64,000 nucleotides of DNA, from the NCBI GenBank assembly GCA_964418565.1, contig CAYQMB010000003.1:3892-67891 (forward strand), read 5' to 3'. Position numbers and translations under genes: made by a program. The stretch comes from an uncultured Bacteroidales bacterium. GTDB taxonomy: Bacteria > Bacteroidota > Bacteroidia > Bacteroidales > ML635J-15. How positions within the stretch are numbered: the stretch's first letter is position 1; every line of letters begins with the position of its first letter. The notes beneath the pieces are model-generated. The model was given only the letters and a program-made list of their open reading frames with translations, was not told where the DNA came from and searched no databases. Below are positions 39,836 through 50,355 of this stretch, one piece after another.

Positions 39836-42800
39836 ATGAATACAATCCGGAAAACGCTGATATGTTTGCTCATATTTTTGTTGTCATTTGTTGCTGCTGT
39901 AATCTTGCAACAACGTGCAGAGCAGACAGCAGAGGAAATCATTGATGAATCAGTTGTTGAGAATAAACTGGAGAACCAGATACGCCTTCAAAATAGTGTG
40001 TTGGAAGACCTCCTTGCTGACCTTCCGGAAAATCCGGATTGGGATGCATTTCAGACTTTAATCAAAAGCCGCAGTAAACAGTTGTCCGCTAATAATATAG
40101 ATGTGTTTCTGTTCAGGGATTCGAGCTTGCTGCGTTGGAATGACAGGGCGTTGCCGGTTACCTTCAGTGATTTGCCGGAATCAGGGATTTCTGCCGGGAA
40201 AAGTAGCAATGGGTGGTATGTGTTTAACAGAATGAATTACGGCGAATATGTATTGTTGTCATCCATACTAATAAAACGGGAGTATAGTTATCAAAATCCG
40301 TATTTGCCGGAATATATATCCAGTGCTTATGATGTTCCTGATGAAGTGGATGTCAGCCTTTCTGAAGGAAAAGGCATTCCCGTGTATTTTGGGGATACCC
40401 ATTTGTTTAGTTTTGTTCCTGAACAGGAAACTTACCGCAATAAAGGGGCATATGCGTTTTCTGTGATATTGTATTTTATTGCATTTATCAGCTTGCTGGC
40501 ATGTATTTTCATGGGCTACTCCTTCTTTATGAGCCGGGTGAAGCAGCCCAGCTGGCTGTTGTTGGCCGTGTTGGCTGATGTCGTATTGCTTCGCTATTTG
40601 ATAATCCATTTCGACTTTCCCTTTGTGTGGATGCAGATGGATTTGTTTTCACCGGTTCACTATGCCGAATCACTGATCAATGACTCCCTTGGTGGCCTGT
40701 TGATTAATACTGTCCTGTGGCTCTTCTTTGCTTTGACCATTCACCGGTTTTTTCGATTGAAACAGAGGGCTGTTTCTAAACGGATACAGGTGATTGTTGC
40801 TTTTGTAGTCGTTGCTTTTTCTTTTATGCTCCTTTTTTACAGCCTTGACAGCATTAAGGGATTGATTTTGAATTCTTCAATCCCCTTTGATTTCAATCGA
40901 TTGCTTGAACTGAATTATTTGTCATATGTCGGATTGCTTACCAGTATCTTAATGCTGGTGGCCAATGGCTTTATTATTGACCGCATGCTGAAAGAGACCA
41001 GGCGTTTTGTGAATCCTGTTTTCTGGCAATACGCCGGAGGCTTTTTTCTGCTTATGCTTCCTGGTCTTAACTGGGTGTTTTCGGATGAGCCTCTTAGTAT
41101 CATCAGCCTGACTGCACTGATTGCGATATTGTATATCCTGGGATGGATTCGTATCTACGGCAAAAATATGTCCTACTATGCTTTGCTTCTGCTTGCATTT
41201 TTATCGGCTGTTTTGATTACTGCTTTTGTGAATGAAGTGCTGGAGGTAAAACAAGAAAAGCAAAGCAGGGTGCTTGCCATGAATTTGTCAAATGAGCGTG
41301 ATCCCGGAGCAGAGTATTTTCTGAAAGCCATCAACAACAAGCTGTGTGAAGACAGCAGAATAGTAAATCTCCTGGAACAGGGAGATTATGATAAGGCATA
41401 TAACTATTTTTTTGATAATTACCTGCAGGGATACCTTGAGAAATACGATGTTCAGTTGTCTCTTTGTAACGTGAAGGATAGCTTGATTATTCAACCCGAT
41501 AATGTGTCTGTTCATTGTCAGAATTTCTTCGGAAATATGCTGAATCAATCCGGAATCATCATGCCTGGTTCGGATTTTTATTTCCTCGATAACAACAACG
41601 GAAGAATTTCGTATCTGGGCAAGATTCCTGTATCTGTAACGGATAGCCTGAACACCAACCTGTATGTTGAGCTTGACAGCCGATTACAAATAGAGGGCCC
41701 GGGATATCCTGAGCTGCTGCTTGATAAAACAATGATGCCTAAAAAATACAGCGGGGACGTATCCTATGCCAAATATTATAAAACGGAACTGATTGATAGT
41801 AAGGGAGCATATGATTATGCTGAACAGGCAACCTTCCCGGAACCCGAGAGCGAGTATTATTCGTTTATTGATGGAGGGTACAGGCATCTTGTTTATTATC
41901 CCGGCAAGGGAAACTACATTCTTGTCAGTAGAGAAGAAAAGGACTTGAGATCATATCTGATTTTCTTTACCTACATATTTTTTGTGTTGATTATCCTGAT
42001 GAACCTGGTGTATATTATCTATTATTTTGCACGTCGGCAGGGGCGGCATGTTTTTAGTGGCAGCATGAAAAATCGCATTCAGACATACCTGGTTTTAATT
42101 TTGTCCATATCTATTATTGTGATTGGAACCGTTAGTGTCAGCTTTTATATCAGGAAGTACAGAGAAAAGCAAACAGATGCCATTGAAGAGAAAATGCAAT
42201 CTGTACTCATTGAACTTAATCACAAAATCGGGAGTGAAAAAAATCTGGATACTTCAATGGAGGATTACCTGAATTACCTGCTGGTTAAATTTTCCAATGT
42301 TTTTTATACGGACATCAACCTGTTTGACACTGATGGCTCCTTGTTGGCCTCATCACGAATGGAGTTGTATGAGCGTGGTTTGGTTGGGGAGCGTATGAGC
42401 CCCAAAGCTTATGATAAAATTGCCAGGAAGGAACAGAAGTATTTTGTTCAAAATGAAACCATTGGAAAAATGGATTACCTGTCTGCGTATTTACCTTTCC
42501 GAAATCAGGACGGACAAGTGCTGGCCTATATAAACTTACCCTATTTTGCAAAACAGCAGGACTTCAGGCAGGAGATATCGAGCCTTACTGTGGCTGTTTT
42601 AAACGTTTACCTGGCTTTGTTTATTCTGACAATTCTCGCAGCTATTTTTACCTCAAATCAGCTTACCCGACCGTTACGGATGATTGAGGAAAGCCTGAGG
42701 AAGATGGATATTTCCCGCAGAAACCGCAAAATCAGCTATTCAAGGGATGATGAAATTGGTAGCCTTGTAAAAGAATACAACAGAAAAGTTGACGAACTTG

Positions 42801-43507
42801 CCGACAGTGCTGAACGGCTGGCACGAAGTGAGCGTGAATTTGCCTGGCGTGAAATGGCAAAGCAAATTGCTCATGAGATTAAAAATCCCCTTACACCAAT
42901 GAAACTGAGCGTTCAGCAATTTGAAAAAGCGTATAAAGGAAACGATCCCGACCTGGATTATATATTTGATAAAGTGTCAAAAACCCTTATTGAACAGATT
43001 GAAAGCCTTGCCAATATTGCAACTGAATTTAGCAATTTTGCAAAAATCCGGCTGAAAAAGAAGGAGCCTGTGGACCTTAGTGAACGTATTGCGCGTGTTG
43101 AGCAATTGTTTTCAGGCCTTAGCAGTACCATTGTTGAGGTAAGGGATGGTACGCAGGGACAGGCTGTGATTATGGCTGACAAGGAGCAGATAATGAGGGT
43201 GTTTAATAACCTGATAAAAAATGCATTACAGGCTATTCCTGACGAACGTACAGGGGTTGTGCGCATCAAACTCGATGATATGGGTGATTATTACCTGCTT
43301 GAAATATCTGATAATGGCAGTGGCATCAATCAGGATATGCATGATAAAATATTTTCTCCGAATTTTACTACCAAAACATCCGGAATGGGGCTGGGCCTCA
43401 GTATCGTAAAAGGTGTCGTGGATAATATGGACGGAAAAATTTATTTTGAAACCCAAACGGGCGTGGGAACCAGTTTCTTTATTGAGTTTCCAAAATCAGA
43501 GCGATAA
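39836..43507 (+). CDS. large multi-pass sensor histidine kinase (NtrY-like C-terminus)
   Basis: H-box FAWREMAKQIAHEIKNPLTPM, N box NLIKNALQA, G boxes DNGSGI and GMGLGLSIVK, and a HAMP-like linker. The ~900-aa N-terminal region has many TM helices. No response regulator is adjacent. Confidence 0.8.
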   Translation: MNTIRKTLICLLIFLLSFVAAVILQQRAEQTAEEIIDESVVENKLENQIRLQNSVLEDLLADLPENPDWDAFQTLIKSRSKQLSANNIDVFLFRDSSLLRWNDRALPVTFSDLPESGISAGKSSNGWYVFNRMNYGEYVLLSSILIKREYSYQNPYLPEYISSAYDVPDEVDVSLSEGKGIPVYFGDTHLFSFVPEQETYRNKGAYAFSVILYFIAFISLLACIFMGYSFFMSRVKQPSWLLLAVLADVVLLRYLIIHFDFPFVWMQMDLFSPVHYAESLINDSLGGLLINTVLWLFFALTIHRFFRLKQRAVSKRIQVIVAFVVVAFSFMLLFYSLDSIKGLILNSSIPFDFNRLLELNYLSYVGLLTSILMLVANGFIIDRMLKETRRFVNPVFWQYAGGFFLLMLPGLNWVFSDEPLSIISLTALIAILYILGWIRIYGKNMSYYALLLLAFLSAVLITAFVNEVLEVKQEKQSRVLAMNLSNERDPGAEYFLKAINNKLCEDSRIVNLLEQGDYDKAYNYFFDNYLQGYLEKYDVQLSLCNVKDSLIIQPDNVSVHCQNFFGNMLNQSGIIMPGSDFYFLDNNNGRISYLGKIPVSVTDSLNTNLYVELDSRLQIEGPGYPELLLDKTMMPKKYSGDVSYAKYYKTELIDSKGAYDYAEQATFPEPESEYYSFIDGGYRHLVYYPGKGNYILVSREEKDLRSYLIFFTYIFFVLIILMNLVYIIYYFARRQGRHVFSGSMKNRIQTYLVLILSISIIVIGTVSVSFYIRKYREKQTDAIEEKMQSVLIELNHKIGSEKNLDTSMEDYLNYLLVKFSNVFYTDINLFDTDGSLLASSRMELYERGLVGERMSPKAYDKIARKEQKYFVQNETIGKMDYLSAYLPFRNQDGQVLAYINLPYFAKQQDFRQEISSLTVAVLNVYLALFILTILAAIFTSNQLTRPLRMIEESLRKMDISRRNRKISYSRDDEIGSLVKEYNRKVDELADSAERLARSEREFAWREMAKQIAHEIKNPLTPMKLSVQQFEKAYKGNDPDLDYIFDKVSKTLIEQIESLANIATEFSNFAKIRLKKKEPVDLSERIARVEQLFSGLSSTIVEVRDGTQGQAVIMADKEQIMRVFNNLIKNALQAIPDERTGVVRIKLDDMGDYYLLEISDNGSGINQDMHDKIFSPNFTTKTSGMGLGLSIVKGVVDNMDGKIYFETQTGVGTSFFIEFPKSER

Positions 43508-43538
43508 TAAAAAATGCCGGCGCTGGCCGGCATTTTTA
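43507..43538. terminator. bidirectional intrinsic terminator
   Basis: AAAAAA ATGCCGGC gctg GCCGGCAT TTTT; perfect 8-bp stem between convergent genes. Confidence 0.75.
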
Positions 43539-43557
43539 TCAATACTCTGTATTTATT

Positions 43558-45702
43558 TTATTTTTTATATGCCTCAAGGCCTTTGTCCAGAAAGTCAGTA
43601 AAGTTCTCAGGATTGGTTTCAAAACGCATGCTTTCATCAATTAGCTGTTCTTCAGTTTCAGGATCAACAATCACATAATAGGGTTGCGAATTGACATTGA
43701 AATCCCGAATCTGACGATCCATATTCATTTTGCCGATGCGTTTCTTTAATTTACCGTCGGTTTCAGACGTGTACCATTTGTCTTCTGCAGCTTCATTACG
43801 TTCATCAACATACAATTTTGCTACAATGTATTTGTTATTGATGTAATTCATTACTGCCGGGTTTGTCCAGATTTCACTTTGCATTTTTTTGCAGTTGCTG
43901 CATGAATGCCCTGTGAAATAAACCAGTAATGGTTTGTCCTGCTCCAGGGCACATGATCTGGCCTGATCATAATCAAAATAGCCTTGTGTGCCTTCCGGAT
44001 AGTGCAGGAAATCACCGTAAAGGGGGGTGTCGCACAACTCACTGGCGGGTTGATTGCTCTGCTGGGTAGTTCCACCTGCATTGATGTCAAATTTCTGAGC
44101 TGTTTTGGGTGGTATTACCGCTGAAATGGAGGACAGATTGGCACCAAATAGGCCAGGAACAAGGTATACGGCAAAGCTAAACGATGCAATAACCAATATC
44201 AGGCGGAAAACCCCGATGTGTGGAATTTCACTGTCGTGAGAGAATTTGATTTTTCCGAGCAGATATACTCCCAAAAGGATGAAAAGTACAATCCAGATGG
44301 ACAGGTAGAGATCACGGCTGAGGAAATTGAGGTTGTATGCCTGATCGATATTTGACAGGAATTTCATGGAGAAGGCCAGCAGGATAAATGCAAAAACAAC
44401 TTTTACAGAATTCATCCAGCCACCGGATTTTGGCAGCTTTTTCAGCCATCCGGGGGATATTGCCAGCAAAGTAAAAGGTAATGCAAATCCGAATCCGAAA
44501 CCTGCCATTCCAACCGTCGGTTCTATCCAGCTCCCACTTGCTGCACCTTTTACAAGCAGCGCTCCAACAATGGGGCCGGTGCATGAAAAACTGACAATGA
44601 CCAGTGTCAGTGCCATGAAAAATGATGCCAATACGCCACCTTTATCAACCTGCTGGTCTGTTTTGTTAGCCAGACGCGATGGCAGAACAATTTCAAACAT
44701 GCCAAAAAAGCTAAAAGCAAATACCATAAACAGCACAAAAAAGATGCTGTTTGCAACCCATGATGTGCTAAGGGTTGTTGTCAGGTCAGCTCCGGCACTG
44801 GTAAGGGATACAATCACTCCCACCAGCGTGTAAAGCAACATGATTGAAAAGCCAAATACCAGCGCTTTAAATATGCTGTTGGCTTTGCTGGAATTGCCCT
44901 GCATGAAAAAGCTGACTGTCATGGGTATCATAGGAAACACACAGGGTGTAAGAACACCGGCCAGTCCACCACCAATGGCAATCAGAATAAAGCCAAGCAG
45001 GCTCCTGTCTTTTTCTTGCTTGTCAGAAGCCGGTTTTTTGGTGTCATTTTCTGTCAGCTTGCTTTCTGTGTCGTCCGGTGTATCATTTTCCTTGCCGACA
45101 TGGTTTACCGTAGTATCTTCATCCGTGTCTGATTCGTTTATGGTATCATTAACCGCAGCCGTTTTGTCATTACCTTCATCGGAAGCTATGTTTTCCACCT
45201 CTTCGTTCTGGATTTCAGTTGGGCTTTTTGCGGGAACCCGAAAGTTGAGGTCTTCCGAAACAAGCACACATTGCCCGTCTTCAAAACAAGCCTGTCCGTC
45301 AATAAAACCTGTTATGGTGAACGGTTCAGTGCTGAGGATTTTAATTTTCTGAGAATAAGTGGCCTTTTCTTCCTGGTATTTGACATCTACCTCAAATACA
45401 TCATCAAATGACTCAACCGGGGCAGGGGTTTCCTGTACTTCTCCGATAAGTTTGTAATCATCCGATTCATCGAAATTAAAATACAGGGGCATGGGGCCTC
45501 CTTCAGCCATATTGATGGTATAAAGGTGCCAGTGGTTTTCGATGCTTGCATGCATAATTAGTCTGGCATGACTGGCATCGGTTTTTTCCACAGAAAACTC
45601 CCAGCTCACAGGATTCACCTGTTGGGCGTTGCTTTTTTGGGGATACAGAAATGTTAGTCCTGTTAATAAAGCAACAAAACTCAGCAACATGAATTTTTTC
45701 AT
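43558..45702 (-). CDS. DsbD-like thiol:disulfide interchange protein (N-terminal domain, CcdA-type membrane core, C-terminal thioredoxin)
   Basis: LTPCVFPMIP membrane motif. C-terminal FTGHSCSNCKKM CxxC thioredoxin fold. Acidic linker. Confidence 0.8.
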   Translation of the reverse strand: MKKFMLLSFVALLTGLTFLYPQKSNAQQVNPVSWEFSVEKTDASHARLIMHASIENHWHLYTINMAEGGPMPLYFNFDESDDYKLIGEVQETPAPVESFDDVFEVDVKYQEEKATYSQKIKILSTEPFTITGFIDGQACFEDGQCVLVSEDLNFRVPAKSPTEIQNEEVENIASDEGNDKTAAVNDTINESDTDEDTTVNHVGKENDTPDDTESKLTENDTKKPASDKQEKDRSLLGFILIAIGGGLAGVLTPCVFPMIPMTVSFFMQGNSSKANSIFKALVFGFSIMLLYTLVGVIVSLTSAGADLTTTLSTSWVANSIFFVLFMVFAFSFFGMFEIVLPSRLANKTDQQVDKGGVLASFFMALTLVIVSFSCTGPIVGALLVKGAASGSWIEPTVGMAGFGFGFALPFTLLAISPGWLKKLPKSGGWMNSVKVVFAFILLAFSMKFLSNIDQAYNLNFLSRDLYLSIWIVLFILLGVYLLGKIKFSHDSEIPHIGVFRLILVIASFSFAVYLVPGLFGANLSSISAVIPPKTAQKFDINAGGTTQQSNQPASELCDTPLYGDFLHYPEGTQGYFDYDQARSCALEQDKPLLVYFTGHSCSNCKKMQSEIWTNPAVMNYINNKYIVAKLYVDERNEAAEDKWYTSETDGKLKKRIGKMNMDRQIRDFNVNSQPYYVIVDPETEEQLIDESMRFETNPENFTDFLDKGLEAYKK

Positions 45703-45724
45703 AACAAAAATTTGATTGTGTTTA

Positions 45725-47293
45725 TTAAGAAATTTCTTCGTCTTTCTTATTAAAGAAATGATAATCAGTTAAGGTGTAGGACATGTCCTGTATAATATTT
45801 AACTGAAGCTTGTACTTCTTTTGCCATTTCTTTTTCAAAGATCGTAACCCGTTACGTTTATTAATGTATGCTTCCAGAAATGGATGCACCTTTATGGTAA
45901 CCCGTTTTTCTTTATTTTGTTTAGCGATTGCCTGCAATTTGTTTTCAATCTCATCTACAATGAGTATGGCGGCCTGTGTTTTGCCTGTACCAAGACATGT
46001 CGGGCATGTTTCTTCAGTCTGGATATGCATTTCCGGTCTGACGCGTTGACGTGTGATTTGCATCAGGCCAAATTTCGTAAGGGGAAGAATCTGGAATTTT
46101 GCCCGTTCATTTGACATTTCGATTTTCATTTTTTCATGAAGTTGCTGCCTGTGATTTGCATCCTGCATGTCAATGAAATCGATGACAATAATCCCTCCCA
46201 TATCGCGCAGCTTAAGCTGTCGTGCAATTTCTTCTGCGGCTGTCATGTTTACCGCCAGGGCATTGTCTTCCTGCCCTTTTGTGTGCTTTTTATTCCCGCT
46301 GTTGACATCTATAACGTGCAGGGCTTCAGTGTGTTCGATGATAAGGTAAGAGCCATCCTTCATCGGCACGTTTTTGCCAAACAGGGTTTTAATTTGTTTT
46401 TCAATATTGTAATATTCAAAGATGGGTGTTTTTCCTTTAAACAGCTTAACAATATTGGCTTTGTCCGGGGCAATTTCCTGCAGGTATTTTTTCAACTCCA
46501 CAAAGGTTGCCTCATCGTTCACCATGATGTGACCAAAATCTTTGTTTAGCACATCCCGTAACATAGCCTCGGTACGATTTATCTCTCCGATAATAAGCAT
46601 GGGAGGCTTTTTGTTGCGTACACGCTTGATGCCTTTTTCCCATTTGTCAATAAGGTAGCGTAGTTCTTTATCAAGATCCGCAACCTTTTTTGTCTGAGCT
46701 GCTGTTCGGATGATAACCCCGTAATTTTTGGGCTTGATGCTTTCGATCAGCTTAATCAGGCGGCGTTTTTCTGCTGATGAACTGATTTTTTGCGATACAG
46801 ATACCTTGTTGGAAAAGGGCATCACCACCAGATTCCGGCCGGCGATGCTGATTTCGGATGCCAGTCGCGGACCTTTTTGAGAGATGGGTTCCTTTGCAAT
46901 CTGAACGATGACATTTTCACCATTGTTCAATACATCAGAGATGCTTCCGTTTTTGTTGATTTCAGGCTCTAGCTTAATCCTGTTGGATGGTCGCTTTTTG
47001 GCTTTTGGATTCTGAAGAATCTGATAAAATTTCTTAAGTGTCGTGAAATGTGGCCCCAAATCAAGGTAATGTAAAAACGCATCTTTATGATATCCCACAT
47101 CTACAAAGGCAGCATTCAAGCCCGGCATAAGCTTACGTGCCTTGCCCAGGTAAATATCCCCAACTGAAAACCGGTGATTGTTGTCCTCTTCCTGTAGCTC
47201 TATCAGTTGATTATTTTTGAGCAGCGCAAGCCTGATTCCTGAAGGTTTTACTTCAACAATAAGGTCATTATTTCCGCCTTTTTTCTTACTCAC
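45725..47293 (-). CDS. rng: ribonuclease G/E family endoribonuclease
   Basis: S1 domain (VGDIYLGKARKLMPGLNAAFVDVG). Catalytic-core motifs DVNSG and GGIIVIDFIDM. Confidence 0.88.
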   Translation of the reverse strand: MSKKKGGNNDLIVEVKPSGIRLALLKNNQLIELQEEDNNHRFSVGDIYLGKARKLMPGLNAAFVDVGYHKDAFLHYLDLGPHFTTLKKFYQILQNPKAKKRPSNRIKLEPEINKNGSISDVLNNGENVIVQIAKEPISQKGPRLASEISIAGRNLVVMPFSNKVSVSQKISSSAEKRRLIKLIESIKPKNYGVIIRTAAQTKKVADLDKELRYLIDKWEKGIKRVRNKKPPMLIIGEINRTEAMLRDVLNKDFGHIMVNDEATFVELKKYLQEIAPDKANIVKLFKGKTPIFEYYNIEKQIKTLFGKNVPMKDGSYLIIEHTEALHVIDVNSGNKKHTKGQEDNALAVNMTAAEEIARQLKLRDMGGIIVIDFIDMQDANHRQQLHEKMKIEMSNERAKFQILPLTKFGLMQITRQRVRPEMHIQTEETCPTCLGTGKTQAAILIVDEIENKLQAIAKQNKEKRVTIKVHPFLEAYINKRNGLRSLKKKWQKKYKLQLNIIQDMSYTLTDYHFFNKKDEEIS

Positions 47294-47364
47294 GATCGTT
47301 GTGGTGATAATACAACCAAAGCTTTAGGCATCTAAAGCTTTGGTTGTCTGTTAGAAAGGAAAAA

Positions 47365-47457
47365 TTATTTATTCTTCTTGTGTCTGTTTTTACGCAAACG
47401 TTTTTTGCGTTTATGCGTAGAGATCTTGTGTCTTTTTCTTTTTTTACCGCTTGGCAT
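47365..47457 (-). CDS. 30-aa highly basic microprotein, bS22/mS38-like pattern (ribosome-associated?)
   Basis: My minus-strand translation: MPSGKKRKRHKISTHKRKKRLRKNRHKKNK, then stop. Below the ORF-track length cut-off. The KKRxxxxxxHKxRKxxLRKxR pattern resembles bS22/AURKAIP1-type peptides. Confidence 0.45.
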   Translation of the reverse strand: MPSGKKRKRHKISTHKRKKRLRKNRHKKNK

Positions 47458-47485
47458 AAGTGTTCAGATTTTAAATGTAAATAAC

Positions 47486-47767
47486 CTAGTTGTTTTCTTT
47501 TACTTCGCTGACAAATGTTTTGGAGGGTTTAAAAGCCGGAATTTTGTGAGCAGGGATGGTGATTGTTGTGTTTTTGGAAATATTCCGTGCTGTTTTTTCT
47601 GCACGCTGCTTAATGATAAAGCTACCAAACCCTCTTAAATAAACGTTGTTACCGTTTACAAGACCGTCTTTTACTGTACTCATAAATTCCTCAACAGTGC
47701 GTTGAACAATTACTTTCTCAATTCCTGTGTTCTTTGAAATTTCGTTTACGATGTCTGCTTTAGTCAT
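47486..47767 (-). CDS. HU-family DNA-binding protein
   Basis: MTKADIVNEIS...LRGFGSF...RNP-like arm. 93 aa. Confidence 0.88.
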   Translation of the reverse strand: MTKADIVNEISKNTGIEKVIVQRTVEEFMSTVKDGLVNGNNVYLRGFGSFIIKQRAEKTARNISKNTTITIPAHKIPAFKPSKTFVSEVKENN

Positions 47768-47884
47768 TGTATTATTCTTTAAAATGTTTGTTTAACTATT
47801 GATTTTTAAGGAAGTGCAAATATAATATTTTTTTCAAACCAACAATGGTTTTTCTGAATTAATGCATTCCATTATCTTTACACA

Positions 47885-48928
47885 ATGAATGAAATTACCC
47901 CTTTGCTGATAGAATGGTATGCAAAGACTGCCAGGGATTTACCATGGCGAAACACCCGGGATCCCTATCATATATGGTTGTCTGAGATTGTTTTACAACA
48001 GACTCAGGTAAAAACAGGACTTAAGTATTACGAACGAATCTTATCAGAGTATCCTGATGTATATTCCCTTGCTGGTGCCGGCCAGGACAAGTTTATGAAA
48101 TTGTGGCAGGGGCTTGGGTATTATCGCCGTGCTGATAATTTGTTGAAAACAGCTAAATTTGTTGTTGATGAACTTGAGGGGAAATTCCCCACCTCCTATT
48201 CTGGTTTGCTTAAGCTCAAAGGGGTGGGGAGATATACGGCAGCAGCGGTGGCTTCTTTTGCTTATGATGAACCCGTGCCGGTAATTGACGGAAATGTGCG
48301 GCGCGTTGTGTCCAGGCTGTTTGATGTTCACAGTATTTATGGTTCGACGAAATTTGAAAAACAAATTAATGAAGGTGTCAGTGAAATATTTAGTCACGAT
48401 AATCCTGCATTGTTCAACCAGGCTATTATGGAGTTTGGGGCGCTTCAGTGCAGAAAAGTGCCGCAATGTGAATCATGCCCGTTAATTGCGTTTTGCTTAG
48501 CGCGAAAAGGCGGCAGTGAAACCAAACGACCGCTAAAGAAAAAAGGAAAAGGCAAACGATTGCGCAGGTTTTGCTATTTGCTTTACCGGGAAGGGAATAA
48601 GGTGGCGCTTGTTAAACGTGGCGATTCTGATATATGGCGTAACCTTTATGAATTCCCCTGTGTGGAAACAAATGATTGTAATCCCGGTACAATTGCCGGT
48701 AAGATTGAGTCGGAGTTTCATGTTAGTGCTCCCGGTTTGATTGAAGTGATACGCATGAATTCACATATTCTATCGCATCAGGAAATTTATGCCAGTCTGT
48801 TTCTGCTTAAAGGTGACAAACCCACAGGAGTAATTATGGTTGATATCAGTGAGCTCTATGCTTATCCTGTTCACAGGCTGATGGAAAAATTGTTGCATGA
48901 TTCATCCGTTGAAGCACTGCTTATGTAA
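47885..48928 (+). CDS. mutY: A/G-specific adenine glycosylase
   Basis: LPWR...DPYHIWLSEIVLQQTQV, HhH-GPD motif (LKGVGRYTAAAV), and 4Fe-4S Cys cluster C-x6-C-x2-C-x5-C (CRKVPQCESCPLIAFC). Confidence 0.9.
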   Translation: MNEITPLLIEWYAKTARDLPWRNTRDPYHIWLSEIVLQQTQVKTGLKYYERILSEYPDVYSLAGAGQDKFMKLWQGLGYYRRADNLLKTAKFVVDELEGKFPTSYSGLLKLKGVGRYTAAAVASFAYDEPVPVIDGNVRRVVSRLFDVHSIYGSTKFEKQINEGVSEIFSHDNPALFNQAIMEFGALQCRKVPQCESCPLIAFCLARKGGSETKRPLKKKGKGKRLRRFCYLLYREGNKVALVKRGDSDIWRNLYEFPCVETNDCNPGTIAGKIESEFHVSAPGLIEVIRMNSHILSHQEIYASLFLLKGDKPTGVIMVDISELYAYPVHRLMEKLLHDSSVEALLM

Positions 48929-48939
48929 AAAAGCACTTA

Positions 48940-50355
48940 TTATTTCCCGCGTCCTCTAATTACAGTGATAATCGTATATATCAGAATTTTAAAATCCACA
49001 GCAAGTGATATGTTTTCAATATAGAGGATGTCGTATTTAAGGCGCTCTATCATCTCGTCTACATTTTCGGCATAGCCGTATTTAACCTGTCCCCACGATG
49101 TTATGCCCGGCCGGACTTTGTGCAGAAGGTGATAATGTGGTGCTTTTTCAACAATCTGATCAATGAAGTATTGTCGTTCAGGCCTGGGGCCTACAAGAGC
49201 CATATCACCACGCAGAACATTGTAAAATTGTGGCAACTCGTCCATCCGGGTTTTACGTAAAAACCGGCCAAAATTGGTAACCCGCTTATCACCTTCGCTG
49301 CTAAGTTTTGGGCCGTGTTTCTCTGAGCCAACATACATCGAACGGAATTTGTATATTTTAAATGGTTTGCCATAACGACCAATGCGTTCATGCGAATACA
49401 TGATTGGCCCTTTGGATGAAAGTTTTACGCCAATAGAGATGGCCAGATATAGAGGAGACAACAAAATTAAAGCAATGGCTGATGCGACAATGTCCATTAA
49501 GCGTTTGGTGTGTACCTGCCAGGTAGGCATCAGATGCTTACGGATTTGTATTAAGGGAGTACCCAAAATGTGCGTCATCCTTACTTTACCAATAAGGATG
49601 TCATACATGTCTGGTATAACTTTTATGGTTAATTTTGTTCCATGCAGCTTGTTTATGATCTCCTGAATCATGCCATGCTCATTGGATTCTATTGCTATAA
49701 TAGCCTCTTCAACTTTATGTTTGCTAATCAAATCATGTATTTCATTAAGTGACCCCAGGGCAGGTAAATGATCCTGTAGCTGGTAATGTTCCTTTTTGCG
49801 AATGGGAATAAATCCGATAATGTTTAAGCCACTGTAGGGCTTTTGGTATGCAATCTCTTCGTACAGTTTGACAGCTCTTTCTGTGCTGCCTACCATAATG
49901 GCATTGAATTTTAATTTGTGATCACGGATTTGGTGGTTTGTGTAAGTAGTGATAAACACACGTGGTAAATATGTGAGAAAAAACTGTAAGCCGAAAAGAA
50001 CACCAAAAGACTGGTAATAATCGCGGTAAGAGTTGACAATATCATCAAGTAGTAAGGCAAAGAATATGATGAAAACACCCAGAAATGTTGTGACAAATGT
50101 ATTACCAAGCTCTTTAAGGCGTGATTTGCGGTAAATGTCACGGTAATAGCCGCTTAGCAGGTGGAGGCTGAGCCAGAATAAGGGAATGAGGGTGATTCCA
50201 AGCCAAAACTGTGTGTCTAAATTTATGTCAGGGGTTTGCCCCAGTGTCCGGGCTTCAATGACAAGCTTTCTGAATATGAAAAAAACTGTCCAGCTAATGG
50301 CTGCAGCCAGATAATCGGATAGTATATAGAGTGCTCTGTGTTTATTTACATTCAT
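48940..50355 (-). CDS. polyprenyl-phosphate glycosyl-1-phosphate transferase (WbaP/bacterial sugar transferase family)
   Basis: N-terminal TM helices. C-terminal sugar-transferase domain (DELPQFYNVLRGDMALVGPRP, PGITSWGQV). Confidence 0.85.
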   Translation of the reverse strand: MNVNKHRALYILSDYLAAAISWTVFFIFRKLVIEARTLGQTPDINLDTQFWLGITLIPLFWLSLHLLSGYYRDIYRKSRLKELGNTFVTTFLGVFIIFFALLLDDIVNSYRDYYQSFGVLFGLQFFLTYLPRVFITTYTNHQIRDHKLKFNAIMVGSTERAVKLYEEIAYQKPYSGLNIIGFIPIRKKEHYQLQDHLPALGSLNEIHDLISKHKVEEAIIAIESNEHGMIQEIINKLHGTKLTIKVIPDMYDILIGKVRMTHILGTPLIQIRKHLMPTWQVHTKRLMDIVASAIALILLSPLYLAISIGVKLSSKGPIMYSHERIGRYGKPFKIYKFRSMYVGSEKHGPKLSSEGDKRVTNFGRFLRKTRMDELPQFYNVLRGDMALVGPRPERQYFIDQIVEKAPHYHLLHKVRPGITSWGQVKYGYAENVDEMIERLKYDILYIENISLAVDFKILIYTIITVIRGRGK

